Notes under the pieces: model-generated
What the model was told of the DNA's origin: nothing
What the model saw: the letters and a program-made list of their open reading frames with translations, nothing else
Databases searched by the model: none
In this document: positions 37,500 through 50,378 of the stretch, in pieces
How positions within the stretch are numbered: position 1 is the stretch's first letter
Layout of the letters: the number at the start of each line of letters is the position of its first letter
NCBI RefSeq assembly: GCF_002571385.2
Contig: NW_019218142.1
Coordinates: forward strand, 30,458-94,457
Source of the DNA: Stylophora pistillata
Lineage: Eukaryota
Direction: 5' to 3'
Length of the DNA stretch: 64,000 nt
Made by a program: the position numbers and the translations under genes

Positions 37500-40400
37500 T
37501 TAATCCTCAAGGTAAAAATAGTTGCCTGTCTTTTTCTGCTCAGTGTCCTGTAAATGACAGAAGATTGCAGTCTCGTCAGCTCAATTTCTGTTATGTGAAA
37601 TGGGCACAACAAATTATATTGTATATCTCAAGGACTTAGACATCATTTTTCCTTCATTCTTAGGCCATTTCAAACAGACGGGCACAATTAACTCTAAACT
37701 GTTGAAATGAAGGACTGTGTAAATTGTATAAACCGAGAATAATTATCAACTGGTCTTGCACAGTCCGTTGTACCTTTAAAACCCTGGTAAACGACTATAT
37801 TTAATTTCTCTGTCCTCTAACGCTTCAACTGAAATGACTTAAATATCGCAGCGTGACTCCTATTAAGAACTTGGTGTCACTACTTTACCTTTACAGAATT
37901 CATCTTGTTGATTCGAGGCCGGAAGTTAGTCGGGTCGCGCCGGAAGGTGATTTCCAAGGACTGGAGAAACTTGTTCATACCCGTAAGAAGTGTCTGAGGA
38001 CTGGAAAACGCATGCAGATATAGAAATGACCCAAGATACATGCTTAGCTCCAAAGAAAAAAAATCAACAGCAAATCAACTGGAAGAAAGGCGATAAAGAG
38101 AAAGGATAGCACGGGGGTAGACGGCACCAAAATANNNNNNNNNNNNNNNNNNNNNNNNNNNNNNNNNNNNNNNNNNNNNNNNNNNNNNNNNNNNNNNNNN
38201 NNNNNNNNNNNNNNNNNNNNNNNNNNNNNNNNNNNNNNNNNNNNNNNNNNNNNNNNNNNNNNNNNNNNNNNNNNNNNNNNNNNNNNNNNNNNNNNNNNNN
38301 NNNNNNNNNNNNNNNNNNNNNNNNNNNNNNNNNNNNNNNNNNNNNNNNNNNNNNNNNNNNNNNNNNNNNNNNNNNNNNNNNNNNNNNNNNNNNNNNNNNN
38401 NNNNNNNNNNNNNNNNNNNNNNNNNNNNNNNNNNNNNNNNNNNNNNNNNNNNNNNNNNNNNNNNNNNNNNNNNNNNNNNNNNNNNNNNNNNNNNNNNNNN
38501 NNNNNNNNNNNNNNNNNNNNNNNNNNNNNNNNNNNNNNNNNNNNNNNNNNNNNNNNNNNNNNNNNNNNNNNNNNNNNNNNNNNNNNNNNNNNNNNNNNNN
38601 NNNNNNNNNNNNNNNNNNNNNNNNNNNNNNNNNNNNNNNNNNNNNNNNNNNNNNNNNNNNNNNNNNNNNNNNNNNNNNNNNNNNNNNNNNNNNNNNNNNN
38701 NNNNNNNNNNNNNNNNNNNNNNNNNNNNNNNNCCGAGAACGAAATTACAATGCAGCCTATACACCTCAGAAAATTATTTCATATTTCTCGAGTATTATGA
38801 CAATGCTTTGAACTACACGAATACAAACATCATTTCAAATAGCCTCAATTTGACTGTCGGTGACTCACGCCATAAGCTGCCAAGCACGATGAAAGTGGTT
38901 GCAAGGAAATTTTCAGATACTATAAACGCTTTTTTGTGTAAATCTCGGCATTACAATGGTTTCCTGATTGAGAATCGTTTTAGAGGTCTTATTCACAACA
39001 TTATTTACCTATTTGCAAGAGTCTTGACGGAGGGTTCACCTTCAAACACTACCACGCGATCAGCAAGGTACGTAGCCATAATGAAGTCGTGCTCCACAAC
39101 GAAACCAGTCTTCTTGGCGTGGAGGATGAATCTGAAGCACACAACAAAATCGAATTCTGTCAATATACAGAATGATGGTCAAAAATTAAACTCTTGAAGC
39201 GCTCACTCACCGTTTAATGACTTTGGCGGCCACAAGACGCTGTTCAGAGTCCAAGTATGCCGAAGGCTCATCAATCAAGTACACATCCGCTGGCTGAAAA
39301 ACAAAACGGTAAACAAAACCGTCCAGTTGATTTTCAGACTAAGCCAAGTGTGCCATCTTTTAGTTAACAAACAAACAGAGTAAAGATATAAGGTAACTTG
39401 GTTTTATCCACTTATATAAACTGGCCACCGTAAAGAATTTCAAAGCTGACGTTTCGAGCGTTAGCCCTTTGTCAGAGCGAATGGAGTAAGGATATACCTT
39501 TCCAAGACAAATCGTTAGCGCGACACGCTGAAGTTCACCTCCAGACAAGTTTTGAACCTGAAACGGAAACAGAACACAGGTACGTTTAAACGATTATAAA
39601 ACCAGAACCAAAAGGTAAAAGAGCAACGAATGATCTTAACAAGGACGAAAATCAAAAGAAGCAAAAACAGAACTCCAAGTAAGCTACCGGGGCGACCAAG
39701 AATGCAGGAAATCAAGAACAATCAAAACACACTTGATTTCAGTTTTGCGCTTGATTGGCTGTAAGACTGGCGCAGATTTCATTACAAATTTCATTACAGA
39801 GTGTAATGAAACAAAACAGATTCAATCCAGAAATTCAATTCAAAATTGCTCCAACAAACTTAACACTCTCGTTCTGGCAAAGGCATCATCGGGGGAGAAA
39901 AGAATGAATCTCGCACCACACATAGCGCACCTCCTGATCCATGATTTGCTCGATCTGTAGAGGCTTGATGACGTCCGCGATGAACTGAGGATGCACATAA
40001 GCGTCACGGATCTTCTCGTGTAAGAGCATACGTACGGTGTTCTACGGCGAGTAAATAGAAAAGGAAAAGTGACATCATCATACACACGAGGCGAAGAGCG
40101 CCAGCGCAGTCTCGTTCCCAGGGCTCCGATCTTTTCTGGAGCACTATCGATTGCAAGGCTCTGGGAACAAGATTGATGCTGGTAGGCAAAAACATCGAGT
40201 AACTCGTCTCTGCTCCNNNNNNNNNTACATTGTAGGTAACAGTGGCAACAATGATGGTACATTGTAGGTAATAATGGCAACAGTGATGGCACACTGTAGC
40301 CAACATTGGCAACAATGATGGCACACTGTAGGTAACAGTGGCAACAGTGATGGTACATTGTAGGTAACAGTGGCAACAATGATGGTACATTGTAGGTAAT

Positions 40401-43400
40401 AATGGCAACAGTGATGGCACACTGTAGCCAACATTGGCAACAATGATGGCACACTGTAGGTAACAGTGGCAACAATGATGGCACACTGTAGGTAACAGTG
40501 GAAACAGTGATGGTACATTGTAGGTACCAATGACAACAATGATGGTACATTGTAGGTAATGATGGTAACAGTTATGGTACATTGTAGGTAACAGTGGCAA
40601 CAATGACGGCACACTGTAGGTAACAGTGGCAACAGCGATGGTACATTGTAGGTACCAATGACAACAATGATGGTACATTGAAGGAAACTGCAGTTGAACA
40701 GAAGCGAGTAATTGTCCCCTCAGTTGAGCAATTATGTCAAAAGTCCTGTTGGAAAGGAAGCCAGTTATTCAAATGAAGAGCTTATTTGTACAAGGATAAA
40801 CAAATAAACAAAAACAATTATTCTTTACCATTCTCTCCCAGCATAACAATGATTTCAGAGTCTGTGAATTCTCCAGCATCAATACCCAAATGGAACTCCT
40901 CTGTGGAAATAAGGAGCAGTATTCAGCAATTCATAGCTCAGATACTCACAGTTGCTCATATACTGAAATTTATCCTACTTTTCTTTTCCACCATTTGAGC
41001 TCATATTTTAAGCTACAATAGGTCTAACTCCCTCTGATCAAAAACCCTACATGCAACACTTCTCCACACATACTTAGCTGTTTTTCCATCTTAGGATATT
41101 TGTATTTCCTCATTTTTCTTACTTCTTCCTCCTGCCACATGCAAAATAAAATGATAATCAGCATTTCGACTCAAATCCTTATCCTGCTATGGACAAAAGC
41201 TCAGTTAGTATGGGGCAATTGGCTCAGGTGATTAATTCATCTTTTCAGTTCCATACTTGTGACAACAAACTTTGACCACTTTTTTCCTGCAGTTTCAGGA
41301 AAAGCAGTGGCCTTAAAGTAAGATTTTGGGTCAAGAAGTCCTGAAGGCTGTTTCTTGAAGGTCTTGCTAACTTAACAGGCCTGTAAAGCAGTTCTGTTAT
41401 CTTTCAAGATGGGGGTTTAAAAGTTTTGAAAATTATACAATAAAACCGTCAGCTAAAAAAAAAAAATGGACCGGTTAAGGTAACAGAACCTGCTTTTCTA
41501 TTCTTTAAACTTTTATTTTGAAATCTGGCGTCAGGCTTGTTCAATTACAGGGTCTTTTGAGAAATGGGTACCAGGTTTGAGACCTGGACGTATCTCGAAA
41601 GGCCCTGTAACTTAACTGGCCCAAAGCCTTATATTTAAATCAAAATTTTGAGAATAGAAGAGCAGATTCTGTCACTCTGACCAGTCTAATGTGTTCTTGG
41701 ACAAAACAGTTTACTTTCACAGCGCTTCTCTCCACCCAGGAGCATAAATGGATACCAGTGAATCTTCAGGGAAGCCTGATGAAATACTAGGGTAATCTTC
41801 CGATTGTTTCGTGCTCGGGCCATAAATCTCAGCGGAACAAGCTTAAGTAGTCTGTAGCATACAGTACAGACCCCTAACTCTGTTAGTAAGAGGTGTATCC
41901 ATGACCAAGATGATTTGCATGAAGGACAACAAAGGGTCTTAAGTTTTGATGATCATGTTATGCATGTGCCACTGACTCTCTGTTAATACCTTGATCCACT
42001 CATAAAGGCAACAATGTCTTGACTAAACAAACCTTGTCTGCTGTTTCAGCCACTTTAAAAACCAAAGATGTATCCCTAAACCTCAGGTTCTCAGTAGGAA
42101 CAAAACCATCCAGAAAAATATTGATTCCTGAAAATTAAAAATGAAGCCCCAGGTGTAACACTAGCAGTGGAAGAGACAAGTGCATGTAACTTAAACAGGT
42201 TTTTTCTTTTCAACATAATTTTAAAACAGAATGAAGCATGATAAATCAAAAAGGAAATTGTCTTTTCCAATTTACAAAGAAATCTTAAATAGCTAAAAGG
42301 AAGAATCACCAATCACAGTGAGGGGGTTAGAGAGTTGATGATGGTGTAAAGTCTGAGAATGATTTCCAGCAATATGACACTTGCATATTGATACCACAAA
42401 ACACTTACCGATCATCACCAAGAAGGGATCTTATTGTCAGGGCACACTTCAGACGTTGCTTTACATCCAAGTAACTTGAAGGTTCATCAAACATGTAACT
42501 AGGATAGACAAAAAAAAACAGTCTTTAAACCTTTCCTGACTGTACTAGTACGTACTGACAACTAGATGTATCCCTAATCTTGTGATTACAATAAGAATTA
42601 AACTTTTACTTACATATCAGCTCTTTGTATGCAAACCACTGCACAAGCAAACCGTTGCAGCTCCCCTCCGGAAAGTTCATCCACATTACGATCCAGTACT
42701 GTTAATAGATCTGGGAATAACGCAGCAAATTTAAATTGATAGAAAATTCCAGAAATATCATAAGCAACTCTCTGTTGTACCATTATGACAATGGCTTTAC
42801 AGTGATAAACAAAAAAAAACCAAGCATACCAAGCTGTCTGCAGATATGTTCTTGGTTGTCCATCTCATTTTTTCTGTCAAGAATTGACTGAACACTCCCC
42901 TGAAAATAAATTGGTTAAAAAAAAGATCAAAGATGAATATAAAATGTTGTTAGTTATAAGAGTTTGATGGATTGCATCCTTTCAAATGAAGATCAACTTG
43001 ATGTTGGTTGTAGGAGATGCAGTGGCCTTGAAGTTAATCCTTTACAGCTAACATCAGTATGCATATTCTCCATACTGTGCAGAATAGGTTGCTGAATGAC
43101 TGAGAATTCTCCCTCATGAATAGATGTTTGACTGTACTAAGTATAATTTGCAATAAACATGGAAGCAATCACTAAGTTGCTCACCTTGACCGCTTTAGGA
43201 ATTTGGTCAACATACTGTGGTTTAATGATAGCCTAATAAGAGAAAATGGGATTCAAAATTGAACCTAATGGTCAACATGACGAGCTGAAACCATTTTGGT
43301 CATTATAGCAGTGAAATTTGTAATCAAAGTTACCACTTTGGCAACTTGTACTCAACACTCCTTTGACAATCTAAAAAAAAAAATGCTTCTATAACTTAAT

Positions 43401-46400
43401 TCTTACAGTCTGAGATAACAGTAAAATAAACATGTGTCATTATGGCAGTGAAATTTGTAATCAAAGTTACCACTTTGGCAACTTGTACTCAACACTCATA
43501 TGACAATCTAAAAAAAAATGCTTCTATACCTTAATTCTTACAGTCTGAGATAAGAGTAAAATAAACATCTGCCCAAAAAAAATTGAATGGTTAATTGTTA
43601 TCTCCAGGGATTTCATTCATTTCGGAAGTGGATGTATGATAGGACATAAGTAGGTGGAAGACAGTTAGGTGGTAATCGAGGCAGATTTGTCACCAGTCTT
43701 TCTCTTCTGTCCATTCAACATGGCGCCCAGTTAACCAATCGTGTTGTTGATTGTTGTTGAATTGTTAGAACTTGTTACAAAATTCCTCCAACAACCAAAA
43801 AGGACACAAAATATCAACAAAAAACACCTTTACTGATGACTGCCTTTGGAGTATATTGAATATTTTCCAAAAAACATGCAAAAACCGGGAGGTGGAATGG
43901 CCATAGCAGCCTGCTCCATTGTGGAGAGAAGCTGCTGAAATTATAAGGATTTGACATGTCATGTCAACCTCCAAAATCCTTCACCAGCCATATAGGCAAC
44001 TAATGTATAAATGGCAGGTCCAATTGGAATTCTTTTTTACTCATAAAAATAAGCCCAACTAGCCTCATCTTTAAGTTAAGGTTTTAGTGTTCCTTAGACA
44101 TACTGTAACTGACGAGACTCTCTGGTATTGTAAATTGTTGGAACATGGGGGTAACATGTGAAAGTGTGGCCTGATAGTTCAGGTGAGTGTAATCCTGAGA
44201 AGGACTGTTGCCAGTAATGGTGCTGACGTTTCAACAACCTGAGCAGAAGTCATCCGAGAGTCAGAATAGTTAGGAATAGTTGACTATTCACTTGACTCTG
44301 ATGATCAATTCCGCTCAGGTTGTCAAAACATCAATCGCCACTACCAACAATAGTCCTTCTCAGGAATACACTCGACTAGACTATCAGACCACGCTATCAC
44401 AAGACTCATTGGGCAAATCTACATGAATACAAAAGAACACTTGTGCTTATTTTAAAGATAATAATATACATGAAAAAATTTCTCAGTTCTGATTGGTTAA
44501 GATGAATGCAGTTTTCAGTTAATTCAGTGCAGAAGAGAGTTAATTCAGAGCAGAAGAGAGTTAATTCAGTGCAGAAGAGAGTTAATTCAGTGCAAAGAAA
44601 GAAACAAACCAGACATTCTGATTGGTCAGAATGATTGGTCAATGTCAATGTCAAGGTCAATGTCAATGTCAATGTCAATGTCAATGTCAAGGTCAATGTC
44701 AATGTCAATGTCAATGTCAANNNNNNNNNNNNNNNNNNNNNNNNNNNNNNNNNNNNNNNNNNNNNNNNNNNNNNNNNNNNNNNNNNNNNNNNNNNNNNNN
44801 NNNNNNNNNNNNNNNNNNNNNNNNNNNNNNNNNNNNNNNNNNNNNNNNNNNNNNNNNNNNNNNNNNNNNNNNNNNNNNNNNNNNNNNNNNNNNNNNNNNN
44901 NNNNNNNNNNNNNNNNNNNNNNNNNNNNNNNNNNNNNNNNNNNNNNNNNNNNNNNNNNNNNNNNNNNNNNNNNNNNNNNNNNNNNNNNNNNNNNNNNNNN
45001 NNNNNNNNNNNNNNNNNNNNNNNNNNNNNNNNNNNNNNNNNNNNNNNNNTGTAGGTACTGGTGCAGTACAACACGCAATACTGCACAAAGTGTTCTATCC
45101 GATTTTTTTTTCTTATGAAATTACTTCATGTTATATGGCATGAGATGGCTTAAAAAAAAAATTGAACTTCAAACCTTCTAGTACCAATTCAAACTAAATT
45201 AAATTAACCTGTCACACCCTAACATCAGTATGCATATTCTCCATACTGTTCTCTATACTTTTCTTAAGGTGCTGACAAGGGGAATTTGTTTAACAATCAA
45301 GAGCTTCTTTACTTGGCGATTATCTGCTTTTTTCTTGTGACCTTAATGTGTGATTCAGGGGTGATAATGTAAGGAGAAATTAGATGCTGGTCACTCTTAG
45401 AGCTCAAAGGGTTAAAAGTATCAAGATAAATGTAGAGGAAAAAGACAGTGTAGACATACAAGTACAGTTACGACTACTACGCACCTTCAAATCATCTTCT
45501 AAAATCTTTGTGAAGTAGTTCTGCAGCTCAGATCCTCTGAAGTGCAAAAGGATCTCCTGCCAGTCAGGTGGGTTCTGAAAAAGTATGTTTACTTTTATTA
45601 ATTTTCTCACAACAAGAGAAGTACTGTACAGATATTAAAGCACATAATATACATAATTGACCACTGTGTCTCCAGGGATATTTCTCTTAAAAGTAGCAAG
45701 TTACTAGTATGATTACTTAAAACTTACATTGAATCTTCCAAGATTTGGTTTTTGTTTTCCTGCCAAGATCTTCAGTGCTGTAGATTTTCCAATTCCATTG
45801 GTCCCTACAAGCCCTAACACCTCCCCTGGTCGGGGAATCGGCAACCTAGAAAGCCGAAAAAGATGGATAGCAACACCAACCTTTAAGTCCCATGAGTGAC
45901 CGAGACAGAATTTCTCCTAACAATCCAATCAAGCAGACAAGTAAGGAGAATAGAGAAACATATCAATTAGGGGATTATTAATTGATCCAATACAAAATTC
46001 TCGGAACTAACATCATAAGAATTATGTAGCAGACAGTAAGGAGAATTACTCATGAGACCTTCGAAGTGAAAGGATAAAGGATGTCTGCTTTTAATGAAAT
46101 TCCTTAGACATTTATTTACCAAAAGGTAATATCTATCATTCCTCCTATTGCTTTCTCTATGAGAAAATACTTTAACATTTACCTGTGGAGTTTAAAAGAG
46201 TTGGCACTGTATCTATGCGTGGTTTCCTTTTCAAGATTGCTCGGCAGATTAATGATGGTAAGAGCTTCAAATGGACATTTCTACACAAGAAAATAATTTT
46301 TTATTACTATGAATGATTTACATTTTAATATGGATGGTGTACAGTTTGCACACGCAAATGAAAACTTTTTAAAGGGTTGAGTTTGGAGACCCATGGCTTT

Positions 46401-46894
46401 CACTAGTACCAGAAATTATTTAAGGGGATCTGCCTGCTTGCCTCTTTAAGTTACATTTTCAGTAGCAAAATCTCAGAAGTAACTAAACACAAAGTCAGAA
46501 AAATGAAAAGTTTTCTTTGGTGTGTTTTCTAAATCTGTTTCAGCTTCGATTTGATTAAAAAGAAAAACAGAAATAAGCTAAAATACGATGTTAGAAACTT
46601 TAACTTTCAGAAAAAAAAGCTGAAATCTGTTTACATCGCCTGGCTTTCTTATTTAACAGCAAATGTTAAGGGAGTTATTGAAAAAACTTCTTCTAAAAAT
46701 CTATCCGGCCAAAATCTCCTCTCTTTAGGAAGTGTGGTCCTTCTTATATGTTCATACCTTGGCACAGATACCACATCCTATACAGAGTGTCTCAGAAATG
46801 CGAGCAATCTTTGACTCTGGGGTTACTTCGATACACAGTTTTCCTGTAGATAAAAGGTTCATCAGGACTATGTGATGGGTAAAGATCCAGAAAC

Positions 46895-46933
<39 letters not shown>

Positions 46934-47109
46934 AAAAACACCGCCGACCATTCAAAACACGATCTTACTTACGTACCCATTCGGACCACAGGACAAGATT
47001 TCTTGCATTGTTGATGACATCGCTTTGGTTTACACTTATCGTTACTTACTATAGCAATCCGAGTAAGTTTGTCTTGAGTTTGTTGATTCTGCAGTCCCCG
47101 TAGAGACAT
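37500..47109 (-). CDS. ABCE1: ATP-binding cassette sub-family E member 1 (RLI1, ribosome recycling factor), multi-exon
   Basis: GT-AG exons: 46977-47109, 46758-46843, 46183-46280, 45728-45845, 45485-45574, 43185-43232, 42830-42899, 42614-42710, 42409-42498, 42033-42127, 41074-41131, 40829-40900, 39931-40041, 39498-39557, 39211-39293, 39009-39131, 37889-38000, 37500-37547. Fe-S cysteines (CKPKRC..CKKSCP, CIGCGIC), [16 protein letters not shown] twice, VVEHD, C-terminus GNYFYLED. The segment from the end of the NBD2 Walker A probably lies in the gap at 40217-40225; one further exon is absent (see findings). Confidence 0.96.
39445..39479 (-). ncRNA. Penelope-type minimal hammerhead relic in an ABCE1 intron; core mutated (CTGACAA)
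   Basis: Reverse complement GCT-CTGACAA-AGGGC-TAAC-GCTC-GAAA-CGTC-AGC, same family as the copy at 13004. Confidence 0.6.
40226..40680. repeat. 32-bp minisatellite, ~14 copies, intronic, abutting a gap
   Basis: Unit tacattgtaggtaacagtggcaacaatgatgg with variants. Confidence 0.92.
43299..43568. repeat. ~137-bp tandem duplication, intronic
   Basis: gtcattat(a/g)gcagtgaaatttgtaatcaaagttacc...gtaaaataaacat occurs twice. Confidence 0.88.
44166..44392. mobile_element. Inverted pair of Penelope-like element termini with degenerate hammerhead motifs
   Basis: Arms gtggcctgatagt...tcctgagaaggactgttg...gacgtttcaacaacctgagc / ctctgatgat...gctcaggttgtcaaaacatc...agtccttctcagga...actatcagaccac. Confidence 0.6.
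44506..44720. repeat. 21-bp tandem repeat (gagttaattcagtgcagaaga) followed by a (GTCAAT)n microsatellite running into a gap
   Basis: Direct inspection. Confidence 0.9.
45204..45415. mobile_element. TTAA-flanked piggyBac-like MITE; related copy at ~54361-54567
   Basis: TTAACC...ctaacatcagtatgcatattctccatactgttctctata...AAAGGGTTAA. Confidence 0.6.
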
Positions 47110-47503
47110 CGGTAATAATTTACTGAGGAGCCAAAACTCCCGAACTTCTCGATTTTTTGGCCGGAAAATTGAAATTGATTGTGGTCACCACGTGGGAGTT
47201 GAAATGCGCGCGCACAATTTGTTCACTTCCGGTAAAAACTTCAGAGCTCTTTTTTTACAACAAAGATCTTCCTATTTAACATCTCCTTCAAAGAATTTGA
47301 AAATAAGTTATCGAATTTTGATAAAATCCGTATTTATTTTATGAGAGGCTGATTAAACTGAACAAAATCAGTGAAATTTTGTTAGCCGGGTCCGCCATAT
47401 TGAAAATGGTGCAATACTTTTTTTTTCGGACATGTAAGATAGCACGAAAATTCTCATCATGCCCAGTCCCTCTTTCTTGCGCGTATGCCATCTTGAGTTC
47501 ATT
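47110..47503. promoter_or_regulatory. Bidirectional promoter between ABCE1 and the mTERF gene
   Basis: 394 bp between divergent ATGs. NRF1-like TGCGCGCGCA at 47205-47214, ETS CACTTCCGG at 47224-47232, YY1-like CCGCCATAT at 47392-47400. Confidence 0.7.
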
Positions 47504-49120
47504 ATGGCGATCGCGTGGTTTTCTTGTAGGGAATGTTTCACTTGCACGTTATTTAGGCTAAATAGAATCTATCACCTTACTTACCGTACAGATCGCTATT
47601 TCACAACTCCCGGTCTTGGATCTGCTGTTAGCACGAAAGAGGTTAAAGTATCGGAGAAAGGTCTCAGTGTGGATGATGATAGCCAAAAGTCTATCAAGAA
47701 AGATGATCTAAAGTTTCCACGCCACTGGAAGGCAAAAACTCAACAAAAGGTGTCGAGGAGTCAACAAGAAATTCCATCTCATAAAGACTTGAACTTGTAT
47801 CGATATGTGAAGAAGCTGGAAACAACTCTAGGGCGTGGTAAAGGTTCCATTTCGAAAAGATGGTCGTACCTTTTAACAAAATACCTTAAAGCTTACAATA
47901 AGCTGACTTGTTCCACTTCTTTATTATCGGAATCACCCCGGATTCTTGGCCTAACACCAAAACTTCTCGAAGAGAGATTGAATTTCCTCTTCCAGATAGG
48001 TATCACTGGAAGGGATGCCTTGATAATAGCTCTGGAGTTTCCTGCCATTCTTTCGTGGGATTCACCCAACTTTACTGAGATGCTGAAAGTGCTCAAAGAT
48101 TTGAACTGCGATATCGTCGCCTTAATGTTTAAAACACCGTTTGTCTTCAGCCTTGATCAGAGCAGAGTTCAAGAAAATATTCACAAACTTACATCAGCTG
48201 GGATCGCGAAAAACATAATTGGCAAAATCATTTCAAATAACCCTCTCCTTCTTAGCTTCCCACTCAGAGAGCAGTCTTTGGAGATTATTTCCCTTTTGCT
48301 TGATTCGCATAAAACCCTACAATCAGAATTAACAGGCAAGGGTGTAAAGGAAGAGGAGGCGATCTTAAACTTGATCCTTCACTCTGCGGAGAAATTTAAA
48401 GAGCAAGTCGATTTTCAAGAAAATTTTAAAGAAGTCATAAGTTTTCTTGAAGAAATGGAGGTTTCGCCACTTATCATTGCAGTCACAAATCCAGTAATCT
48501 TTTCTACTGATGTTGATACTTTAAGTAACTCTGTGGCATTTTTGAGGAGCAAACCCCTTTTACTTGATATGGAGGCTGTGCAGCACCTTCTGATTACAAA
48601 GCCAGAAATATTTGTAAATTTGGACTCAGTGAAAAACAGGATCCAGTTGCTTTATGATATTGTCCAAAACCCAACAGTACTATACAGTCTTGTTAAAACA
48701 AGACAGTTTTTGTTTGACAGCAAAAATTCAACTGTGGAAGCCATTATCAAATGGTTTCAAGGTAAAGGTATCAAGAACAAAGAGATTGCTCACATCATGA
48801 CGGCAAAGAACTTCTTTTTTCTTGAGAAAGATGAATTGGATGAGAAACTGGATTATCTGTTGTCAAATGATGGGGTGGAAATTGAAGATGTCATAAAACA
48901 TCCTTCATGTCTTTTGAAACCTATTGCCTACCTTAAAGAGAGAGTCGAGTTTGTAAAAGCTGTGAAGCCAGAAGTTCTCAATAACAGAAGCCTTGATGAT
49001 GTTATGGTATCAAAGAATGAACTCTTTTCTAGTGAAGTGTGTGGATCAACACTGGAAAACTACACAAAGTTTGTTCAATCTCTGAACAAGGAGCTTGCTA
49101 AGGCTGGCAAAAAGAAGTGA
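47504..49120 (+). CDS. mTERF-family mitochondrial protein, single coding exon, ~538 aa
   Basis: Long ORF with recurring mTERF-type units (SPRILGLTPKLLEERLNFL, FPAILS, TPFVFS, NPLLLS, HPSCLL...LKERVEFV) and a basic N-terminus. The ATG at 47504 has better context than the one at 47459. Confidence 0.82.
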   Translation: MAIAWFSCRECFTCTLFRLNRIYHLTYRTDRYFTTPGLGSAVSTKEVKVSEKGLSVDDDSQKSIKKDDLKFPRHWKAKTQQKVSRSQQEIPSHKDLNLYRYVKKLETTLGRGKGSISKRWSYLLTKYLKAYNKLTCSTSLLSESPRILGLTPKLLEERLNFLFQIGITGRDALIIALEFPAILSWDSPNFTEMLKVLKDLNCDIVALMFKTPFVFSLDQSRVQENIHKLTSAGIAKNIIGKIISNNPLLLSFPLREQSLEIISLLLDSHKTLQSELTGKGVKEEEAILNLILHSAEKFKEQVDFQENFKEVISFLEEMEVSPLIIAVTNPVIFSTDVDTLSNSVAFLRSKPLLLDMEAVQHLLITKPEIFVNLDSVKNRIQLLYDIVQNPTVLYSLVKTRQFLFDSKNSTVEAIIKWFQGKGIKNKEIAHIMTAKNFFFLEKDELDEKLDYLLSNDGVEIEDVIKHPSCLLKPIAYLKERVEFVKAVKPEVLNNRSLDDVMVSKNELFSSEVCGSTLENYTKFVQSLNKELAKAGKKK

Positions 49121-50378
49121 TCAATTAAATGATTGCATCAAATACTTTCTGTGAACTACTCTATAAAAAATTTGGTGCAAAATATTGAATATGTAAATTA
49201 CTATTAAAAAACTGAGATAATTTTATAGAATGGTAACCTCTTAACTTTGCCAAATCAAAATTTTATCATCTGAGAAATCAAGGAACACTGAGATGAAAGT
49301 TTGAGTAATGCAAACTGCTGCCTTAAATGGAAGAGATGGTTCAAGGTTAAATAAATGGAGACCAAAACTTCATACTGCTATTTTTAATTTTATAAGAATC
49401 CTTACACTGAAAATGTTCAGTTTAATGATAACCATATCTGATGAGTGCAGGACGTGATGTGTATTGTGAAACCTAAAGAGGCAGTGAAATGCTAAGTTGA
49501 ATCTTCACTCTATCAAATGACCATCTCAATTATATTGGATTATTTATTTGATTGGCCACTCTCTGTTCCTATTAAATTGTTATTTGTTCTTATGGGTCTG
49601 ACTTTTGATGCAGCTCACACTGATTGAGTAAAGAGAGATCTGGCATTAGGGTATCAGTAATGGTGTACAATAATAGTAAAAATGGTATTCAGGGCTGAAC
49701 ACTAATAGTAGCCACCTAGCCACAGACTAGTGGAAATACAGTTTTGGCTAGTGGTTTTTTATTTCCACTAGCCAGTCTGGCTAGTAAACAAACAGAAATT
49801 GTTATAACATCTTAAGTTGTCACCAGCCACTTGGCTAGAAAGTTGAAAAGTTAGTGTCAAGCTGTAGATAGTATCTACTGTCTCTCGAGACAGATAAGAA
49901 GGTGGAACAAGTAAATCGCTGGTGTTTGAGTAAGACCTCAGTTGTGCATAAAAACCAATCTTGGATGCATAAACTCGCCTGCAGAGAGCGCAGGGATATG
50001 CCTCATAGGAAGGAGCAACTTACATTATCCTGTTTCTTTTATCTTTGATATCTGTAACCCCTCGCCTTCAAAGGCTTTTCTCCATCCTTTCTTAGTATGC
50101 GTGACCCTTGATGCACCCCACATTTTGGTTGAGAACAAAGGAGAAATTATCTGGGAATAAGGTAAAATTGGTCTTTTTATTTTACTTTAACACTTTGCAT
50201 GTAATGTTTCCCTCCTTTTCTCCCAACACTACCATTGATGTGTTGTAATTCTGGTTAAAAAGTTTTCTCATTCCCATAACAGACTACCTGCTAATACATT
50301 GGGTATTTTTCAATTAACCAACTGTCATAAAGCAAAAACAGCACTTGAGTGTGGAATTACAGGTTTATTTCAAATTTT

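Noticed and set aside
38075-45143. ORFs containing X runs or SM/VN/QC/LT dipeptides, and the Cys/His-rich ORFs at 39840-40678
   Set aside because: They are artefacts of N gaps, the (GTCAAT)n microsatellite and the 32-bp minisatellite inside ABCE1 introns.
37500-47109. Functional link between ABCE1 ('RNase L inhibitor') and the neighbouring HEPN RNase genes
   Set aside because: ABCE1 is a universal ribosome-recycling gene in a housekeeping block, and proximity in an animal genome is weak evidence. Conserved synteny would be needed.
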